This document shows positions 47,202 through 56,170 of a stretch of 64,000 nucleotides of DNA, piece by piece. The notes beneath the pieces were generated by a model that ran no database searches, was not told the DNA's origin, and was given only the letters and a program-made list of their open reading frames with translations. The DNA lies in NCBI GenBank assembly GCA_001599295.1, contig BCGN01000006.1:310001-374000 (forward strand). The letters are read 5' to 3'. Every line of letters begins with the position of its first letter. The first letter of the stretch is position 1. This DNA comes from Sporopachydermia quercuum. Its lineage: Eukaryota. The position numbers were made by a program, and so were the translations under genes.

Positions 47202-47449
47202 AAGTTTTATCCTTCTTCAAAGGGTACTTTTCTAACATCACCATGTTGTTATGTTCAGTTTGTTATTATTTCCTGGGCTTTTATGTGTTGTATAGTGTAA
47301 GATGATCTGTATCGAATCTCTTGTTGATCAATTGTCCTGCGGTTGATTTAGATAGTGATTTTATAAGGTTCGAACTAAATGCTGAGGTTTTAAAGCCTAA
47401 TGCAATATCATGCAATATACTATTTAGAGTTCTATTCATCTTGTGCTAG

Positions 47450-48890
47450 CTCAATTGTTCTCAGAGGTTTTTCACTTTTGCTCCAGTTTGTTTGGACTGA
47501 AANACAACTGGCCTTTAATTTTCCATAAAATAAGTTGGATAGCGTAGTTAGCTTTAACAGTTAATCCGTGTCAGAGACCACCGTTCTTCAGTGAAAAAAT
47601 AATAATGTAAAACTTTAAATCGATAAACTTTTTGTACAAACTTTTGTGGTGTTTCCGTTTTTTCAACTTTGAACAACTCCATTGCATCAANTATTCTAAG
47701 AAGCTCGAGTAGAATAATAAGAGATTACATAAACAGCTGAATTATACTTAGTTTTCCTAGGTATTCTTTGAATTTTAGTTTCCTGCAATCCCGCTTTTCT
47801 GTTAGACTTTGATCAAATCATTATGTTCCCCATGCCCTAATCAGAAGTAAGTGAAATAACAAGGTTCAAGATACTCTTCTTGAACGAAAATACTCGACTC
47901 GGCTTGCCTATACGGGATCCTCGGTTAAGATCGTAGTTGGACTATACCTTCCTATTTAGGTAAATATAGAAAACTTCTTCATTCAATGAGTTGAAAACTT
48001 AGTGGAATAGCATTCTCATCAAGCCTATATGATGATGATAATTTTATTATATTTGAATTATTTGATTATATGTTTCATTGAGCTAAAATACCCCTTTCAT
48101 CCAATAGAGAGGAACCCGTATAGGTTCGAAGCACAGTCTGAATCTCATAACTTATCGTTTCCTGTATATCATCATATCATTACTTTCCTCTTCTGGATCT
48201 AAAGGAGTAATTCAAGACGACTAACCATTTTCTAGTTAGCTGCGTAACCCCCTAGAAATTCAGTCTTCCTCATTCATGCATTAGTTTGAAATAATTCTAT
48301 TGTTCTTTATAATATTCAACTGCCTTTAATATATACTAAATGGCGGTTTGCCTGTTGAAGCAAGAGCGCTAAAAGTGCCAGTGGTATAACCCAAAGGTTA
48401 TTATGGATTTGATTATTGATTCTTACTTCTGGGCTACGATGGAATGTTTATGTTTTCATCGGTGGAGGCAACTCGAACCATAAATAAGCAATGAATGATA
48501 AAAGTTTAAAAACGATTCAAATTTGCAACTCAATTATTTGATGTGATTTGAATATGTTCCATAGTTCGATGGGGATGAGTTGATGGGCTAGATAACCACC
48601 AAAAGATGGCTAATTCCAGATAACCNCCCTTATTCAGTCTTGAAGAATATTTGAGTTGTTGTAGCANTTTAATACCGGGCGTTTAAGTTGATATATATAG
48701 AGAAGAACCTGGAAACAAAGTATGCTCTTCTATCTCAAAAGTGTATCTAAACTCACTAGTAAACGAACTTCTTTTTAGCATATGCAATCGAAAACATTAC
48801 AGTAACCCGCCTACGAGTTATAGGAATCTCTGGTCGCTAACCTTTCAGAGCAGTAGAATGCAATTGTTTTTCATTGTTTTTCATTTTTGT
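47450..48890 (+). ncRNA. Long structured non-coding RNA, putative telomerase RNA (TER1/TLC1-like)
   Basis: More than 15 nested complementary segments forming three long arms, an H-type pseudoknot, a C-rich template candidate and a 3' ATTTTTG Sm-like site at 48883-48889. No credible ORF. G-U pairs favour the + strand. Confidence 0.6.
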
Positions 48891-49695
48891 TCATTTTTTT
48901 ATTTTTTTTATTTTCATCTATATAGTCGAGAAATAAAACAAGAATAAGTCCTAGCCTACCCATCTTCAAATGAATCACAGATATTTAGCAATTGCAAACC
49001 ATGTACTAGCCAACTATCACCCTCAATCTATAGCCGTCAGACAGAACCAGCAAAGTGCCATTGGTAATCAGCATAAATTCATAATACACCTCATAAACCT
49101 TCATTTCGACTATTCCTATTACGTTTTCCTAAATCATGATCTCATCGCCATTGGTTTTACCATTTATACTTTGTATCACTTATAGACAGACCGTTGGATG
49201 AGGACTATCCTTATCACTTTTATCTCCTCATCATATAGTTTCTCATTATTTAAAGATAACCTCATCATAAATTGGGTCAATCGGAATGCATACCTCATGT
49301 ATCACTACAGCCTAAAATACATACATGTACCATTTATTGATTACTGTGAATTCTGCACTTCTTTCAATCATCATCAAACGCTATGAACAAAAAAATATAC
49401 TCCCTTCTTGGAGTACTGGGTATAATTATTATTTCAGACGGGGTTGATACTGAATAGGGGACAAGGATCAAAATAAACCGGTAACAAACTCACAGAACAA
49501 TCTTGTTAGAGGTGCTACCTACACCATCGAATCAATAAGGACAAAGGAGATAATCATTATCATAGGTCAACCATTCCTTAGATCATAGTATGCTACCATC
49601 TACACAATAGAAGCTAAAACATATCTAATTGACATGTCAAGTTCAGAAGCTGATTCTATGTTATTAAGGAGAAAAAATAGTGGTATTCAGCAACA

Positions 49696-49869
49696 ATGAT
49701 CCAAACCCTTTTAAAGAAATGGCAATCATTACCATTCAGTGCTAGAATGTGGATAGCAGGCTCTACTTTAGTTGTGGCATACGTTGGTGATCAATACGTT
49801 ATCGACTGGGCAAGCGATACGTTGGGAAGTAGACCCGTGGCTGAAAACCCAAAGACTGAGAATAAATGA
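49696..49869 (+). CDS. 57-aa single-TM microprotein, below the ORF-track cutoff
   Basis: MIQTLLKKWQSLPFSARMWIAGSTLVVAYVGDQYVIDWASDTLGSRPVAENPKTENK*. ACAATG start context and a higher-GC island within AT-rich DNA. Confidence 0.65.
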   Translation: MIQTLLKKWQSLPFSARMWIAGSTLVVAYVGDQYVIDWASDTLGSRPVAENPKTENK

Positions 49870-50330
49870 CGGGCANATCAGGTGGTATCTTAGATATACA
49901 CATACGTAAATACCACAGTCAATAACCCGGTTGAAATTGTTATTGAGATTTACCATCATTATCTGCTGTACATAAGTCAATGAATAAATATTACACTATA
50001 TTCAATATTCAAGCTAACACTAGATAAGAATGATTATAATCTACAAATGCTTAGTACTCGTGTATCATGTGACATTAGAGAATACCTTACCGGTCTATTG
50101 CATTCATTTCTTGCTTCGGGTGTATTCTAACGAAACCATATTCAAGCAATTATAGCACATTCCTATCTATGAGGGACATTAGAGAATGAAACAGTAAAAC
50201 AATTAAACGGGACTACTTACTACTTTGCAAATGCTCATCGAAGCAAAGAACATCAATGCCTACTTTTATCAATTTGATATTATAATCTTCCCATATGTAT
50301 ATCAACAAGCTTCTACTCAACATAAATCAC

Positions 50331-53083
50331 TTACGAGCCAAACCTTTGATATATCCACAATGCAGCATTAGCACTTCCAATAGCCACCCATGACTTCTCA
50401 ATGTTCGTCTCATTCTCCTCCAATAAAATAGCAAACGAGCTATCGGTTAAATCATCAAGACCACCACTACTCCTCCTCCGAGAAGTCAGTCCTCCATTTA
50501 CNACGGTGACCTCCTGCGGCTGTCCGAACTGTCTGGGAGAGCTACTGCTNTTATTCAGAGCTTCAGCTTCATTTGAAACTATTTCTTGTATATTCAACTG
50601 ACTGTTTCTGTGTTGTAATGATAAGTCAATCAGTCGAAGATGACCACCGAATTCACCGAAAAAAATCTCCGGTTGGAATTTTGATGCAACAATGCATTCT
50701 GTTGTTGGCATTCCACTATAAGCATCACTGATACTATTAGTCTTCATATCCCATAGTATGAGCTTTCCTTCTCCCACACATACAATATTATTAAGGCTTC
50801 TCAGATAATCAATTTGTCCTGGCATTGCTTGAACCTCCCGCAAAAAATCACCTTTTTTGTCATAAAGCTTGATTACACCATTAGTAAGTAAAACTGAAAG
50901 CTTCGTCCCGTAATCAACAATCCTGCTTGCACTTGGTTCTTCGTTCTTGTCTAGCGTAATTTTAAACTCTAACATAAGAAAATTATCTTGGGTGAACGTC
51001 CATCCGCATACAGTGTTATCCAACGAAGCACTGACCAACAGCCTTTCATTAGGTATACCATTGTTTTGTGAACTAGGTAGGTTGGACTCAGTCTCATACC
51101 AGTACCGAAGATCGATGACGGCATCATTATGTTCATTGTAGCTAACGATTGGTTCAATTCTATCATTCTGCCATACTCTGATATATCCATCTTGACCTCC
51201 TGAAAACAGTAGATTGATGTCATCAGCATATGCCAAACTTTGCACTGGGCCAAAATGACCTCTATGAGTGATTAATGGTTTTAATTTATTACTAGCTTGA
51301 TCCAAAAGTAATAATATATTCCATGCTTTTATTGTTCCATCCTCTGAGCCCGAGAAAAGTGTAGTCTCACTAGATGCCAACGCTTTAATGGCATCCAAAT
51401 GTCCATGGAGCTTACCAGCAAGCTTCCAAGACTGAGCAGAATGTGTAGTGCTAATTGAATAATCGGAACGTGATTCTAAGGTCAAATCTGCTAAGGTATT
51501 AGACAGATTGTTCTGAACATGTAAAGATGAAGGGTTATGTGAAATATCGGTATCAACAGTAGAAGCAGTGTTCTTCACAATGTCATTAGTTATTTTTCCA
51601 TTGGTCGGTGACTTGTATATGGAAGTACCTTCCTCAGCAAACAAATCATCGTTCATAGTTGAGTCAATACTTCCTTCGACTGGAAGGTTCATTTTTGCTT
51701 CCTTTTTTAATCCCGATAAATCATTTACACTAAATGCTTGTCTATTGGATTTATCAGATAATTTCGATGTTGATGATGTTGCTATGATATTAGTAACATG
51801 CTCAGATGAAGGGAAACTAGCTCCATCACTAACTGGTTGCTCACGAACATGGGGTGGTACTGCAGACGCTAATTGTTCTCCAGTAGTCGTCGAAACAGAA
51901 TTAGCTGGAACTATTGGATAAAGACTGAGGTCTTTCTGTATATTCTGTAGCAAACTTGTGTCAGTGTCACTAGGTGATTGCAATATATACATGACTTCCT
52001 GAATACATCTTTCAAGATACTTTCTTGATTCAATCAGAGGGTTTAGATCAAGCTCCGATAGTTCTTGCAATTCGCTAAATTCACGATTCAAGTTCTCGGT
52101 AAAGGAAATGACTTGATTTTCAGCATCTGAGTCAATCTCTTTATCATCNAGCTTTCTTGATTGGTTGATGCTTGAGCCATTTTGTTTTGCTTTCAGTCTA
52201 AATTATGTTAATAGGTGATCAAATATGCAGAGGAGTCAGATGTGTGATGATATTATAAACAATCATTTCATAGGTAGAAAAACTACAATGAAAATAGATC
52301 GAGGAATATTGGCAACTAAATTAACATACTTTTCGGTATGAATAGACCTTTCTAGTATTTCAATCCTTTTCAAATAATCTCTATTCAATACTTGTAGTCC
52401 ACGTTTTTCGCCTTCAAGCTTTGCTATCCGAAACTGTTTAGTGTAANGTTTAGTTAGTAATGTGTTGATACATATGATCAGGTCAAAAAAAGAAAGAGAT
52501 TCTATTCGAGTTCAAGCGCATTTCGATGCTAGATATTAATAATAAAATACAATCCACAGTCAACTATCAATAATTGTGTTTTAAACTGGTCTTTTCAAGT
52601 CGAAGCAAGTACTGTGTCTGAAATCAATGTTTAAACCATCCTGATAGACTTTAACATCGGACGTTCAAGCTATTAGATTCAACAAGAGGAGATGCATTCA
52701 AATAACAAACGCACCCGTCGACGTCAACATTTTATTCTTTTCTCTTTCTTTTATTTTTATTTATTTATTTTTATTTTTATTTACAGCAACTAACAACAAG
52801 TATAGCAAAATATATTAGAATCCTGCTTGAACTTGTCATGTTACTATAACTCTAGGATTCAACATACAAAATCACATAACATACCTTCATTTCCGATCTT
52901 TCAAGCTCCCATTGAATTCTATCATGTTCATTTCTCTGCCATTCAGATTGCAGATACCTCATCACCCCTATAATTCATTCAATATATTAGTACTATAGCC
53001 TTTATTTCATTTGTTTAGTTTGACTAATACAAGACACAACACATACCTGGCAAGGAGTATTCTGGTTGAGATTGAGAAGCCAT
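50331..53083 (-). CDS. FAR8: Striatin (STRIPAK scaffold), exons 53083-53047, 52967-52885, 52433-52330, 52197-50331
   Basis: Spliced N-terminus [41 protein letters not shown] is the striatin domain, followed by C-terminal WD40 repeats. Three GTATGT introns with branch sites and consistent phases. Confidence 0.92.
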
Positions 53084-54016
53084 CACATTCACATTCACTG
53101 CAATCCAACAGCTTTTATATTTCCATCGATTGATATATCAGTACGCTTTTATAAATCAAGCAAACAAATGCAGTTTTAACCTTCAGCTGTTCATACACCG
53201 TATAATTTCTTGATCTCTTATTTTCCTTCTTCTCCTTCTCACATGCAGTTCATTTCACTTGCTAAATGAAATCAGAAGACGAGTGAGAATCGCTAGTTTG
53301 AGTTATTGAATTTTCGTTGACTATGCAATTCAAAACCCAGTAAATTATTCTTCAGCATCGACTCAATTCGTCATCTTTTTGTCGATTTAACGATAACTAC
53401 TTGTGTACTACTTATAATTAATTACGCTTCATTACTTAAATTACTTCAGCTGATAATTAACGATTTGATTTTGTGTTAACAGAACCTGTTCTCAGATGTT
53501 GGTGATTGTGAGCTAGGGGATTTCTAGAGACACAAATCCCATGAAACAAGTTAAGCCTAAGGGGGGAGTTCACGAGAAGACGTTCCATGAAATGTGTCTT
53601 CGAAGTGTGTCTTATAAGAGAGGTCTACATAGAGGACTGCTGGTAGAATTGTTCAATGGCCGGAGAGAGATAACGGAGAAGAAAGACAGCTAAAAAAAAA
53701 AAAGACAAAGTACTACCGGTATTAGCGATTATTTATCATACTAAATTATAGAATAACAGATTTCATAGATCAACTATAAGCTTTAGATGTTTTTGCGTAA
53801 TATATAAGTAATTTCTTCTAGTTTGAGTGTAGAATGTAGTTGGAATGATTAGTAGGAGATGGTTGAAGATCAGGTTTCAAATCAAGAGAGATAAACTACT
53901 CGGGTCATATACCAAGGCGAGCAGATTGAACCAACACTTCTTCCAAAACCGCATAAGCCCGAATATTTTCGAATACAAAGAAATTGATTCATCTCTTTAA
54001 TAAGTAGCGAACCTGC

Positions 54017-54583
54017 TTAATCCTCTTTGACACCACCGGAACCACTTCTTTCAAGTTTTTCAATGCTTTCTTTATCAGTCTTCACATCACCACCCGATTG
54101 ACCAAACATCGAAGCAGTCTTAAAAGGTCTCTTGAGATCTCCGGAAGCTGGCTTACCAAAAACATGAATTTGCACAACCTTTTGCTCAAAAGCTGATTTG
54201 ATTGGCATAATAGACTGCATCAATAAAGGATTGGTGTACTTCATATATAAATGCATGAATCCCATCATAGCAATACCAGTGAAAACACCTTTGATGGCGA
54301 CAGCAACTTGATTCAAATCATATTCCATAACAGTAGTAACAACAAGCTTAGGTTCTTCAACTCCTGATAATGGAGAAGCAGGTTCAACGTACTTCAAAGT
54401 GGTCAAATCCTTCTTCTTCTTGATCAAACTTCTGGTATAGAGGTATATACCGAGAATGATCAAATTACTTGTGATATAAGCAGCTCTCACTGAAAATAAA
54501 ATAGTTGGGTTTTCAAAATCAATCCTTTTAGAAACTTGCATCATGACAAGCATGACGACCAAATTTGTAACGGCAGCATTCAT
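54017..54583 (-). CDS. PHO88: SRP-independent targeting protein Snd3/Pho88
   Basis: MNAAVTNLVVML, DLTTLKYVEP, FMHLYMKYTNPLLMQSI and GDLKRPFK motifs. Confidence 0.96.
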   Translation of the reverse strand: MNAAVTNLVVMLVMMQVSKRIDFENPTILFSVRAAYITSNLIILGIYLYTRSLIKKKKDLTTLKYVEPASPLSGVEEPKLVVTTVMEYDLNQVAVAIKGVFTGIAMMGFMHLYMKYTNPLLMQSIMPIKSAFEQKVVQIHVFGKPASGDLKRPFKTASMFGQSGGDVKTDKESIEKLERSGSGGVKED

Positions 54584-56170
54584 CTTGTCTATATGTTGTT
54601 TGACTTCTACACAGATTCTTCGCTAATGAGTTAAAAAAAAAGAAGTCGAATAAACCAAAGAAAGAGTACTAAAACAAAAACCTTTGGTATTTTATTGAAG
54701 TCTACTCAAATTACAGCCGTTGAATATATATTCCAAACTTCATAACACAATATTCAGAGATCAGTATTGCTATAAATAATGGTCGTTCGATACCTTGAAT
54801 GAACTCTGTGTGGGAAGGAACAATAATCCATTCAGTGCCAACGAAAACGCAGTAGCTGTGAAAATTTTAAGATTGGAAAGTGGAAAACTCCCAATCGCCT
54901 ACTACCAGAAAATGTCAATAGAGATACAAGTTATTACGTAATTAAGAATGAATTATAGCTATTGCTACTTTCAAATAATGATCGTTTTATATGTTACTAC
55001 ATAAATGAGTATAAATATTCGGAATTAGTACGTTGTAAGGGGTTTCATGATTTATTTTTGTATCCAGATTATCTTCTATTGAGAACCAGCTCTGAGGGAA
55101 AACTTGCGCTTTCCGGGGCTCGGTTGACCAAGGGTTGACTTTGAGAAAAACAAAAGCGGCGAGGCAGAGACGTATAAACCAGTTAAAATAAACTGAAAGA
55201 ATAAGCTGAAGAAACCTCATGTAACAAGCATCAGTTATTATTTCCTATCGTATTTTCGATATAATGATAGTAAGTAATATCACTGATCCCACAGCGTCTA
55301 CAGAATGAAGTCTTGCATACAACTTCAGGACAGGTGGCAGAAATGAATATTTCAAGCCCGCCGCCATCTACCATCTAGGAAAATGATAGACACATCGCCC
55401 ACAGTATNNTTAAGCTGGTCCGCGTTCTGGGATAGATGAGTTTTCCTGCGACAGTCAAGCGAGCATTTCTTGACTGTGATATGAACAATGACAATATGTA
55501 AAAGTATAATATGAAAAAGAATCTTACTAGCTTTCTAGACTTTAAAACTTTCGTATATTTAATGACAGTGATTCATGCTCAACATGCCCATTTACTTCTT
55601 TCTGGTCAGTAAATAAGAATTCTAAAACCAAATTGTGCACTAGCTTTTCCATTAGTTCTTATAATTACTTGCTCATGTAAATATCAGTCTGAAGTAACAA
55701 CATTTATGATTATCTCATACAATATTGGTTATATGCAGGTTTGCTTGTCCTGTCCGCTCCGCATAAAACACATGTAGTGTTCTTGTCCATTCAGTCACTG
55801 AGGTCGATTTATGCTATCATTACCAGTTTTTCCGATAAATAAAAGGAGTTGGTTATCAACGTATAAAACTAATATCTCTCAATTGAGTAAAATAATCAGT
55901 CAATTGATAATAAAATTTGTATTATAAGTACTGACAGGTACGTTTAGAGCTCACGGAAAACATACAACAGTACAGTTTTGCTGTTGTATTGTCATCGCAC
56001 CAAGTACAATTTGTGCTAAAGACCGATACACCAGTAAAACTTGTGCAATTGATTATCCCATGAACTCATACAAGATTTTAAATTGAAAAAGTCCCAGTTA
56101 CAGCTATAGTGTTGTAGATTTGTTCTTTCTATGAAACACGGATATTACACTCAATGCTTCAGTTTCGCCA

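Noticed and set aside
47313..47322. CGAATCTCTT resembling the U2 snRNA 5' end
   Set aside because: Not followed by stem I or the GTGTAGTA branch-recognition sequence.
47907..48124. MITE with 16-bp terminal inverted repeats
   Set aside because: No target-site duplication, and pairing continues outward with bulges and G-U pairs, as expected for an RNA helix.
47900..48820. RNase P RNA identity for the structured region (AGAAATTCA, GATGGG, TGCAATCG, AACCCG look-alikes)
   Set aside because: No GGAAANUCGG-type CR-I able to form P4 with a proper CR-V was found.
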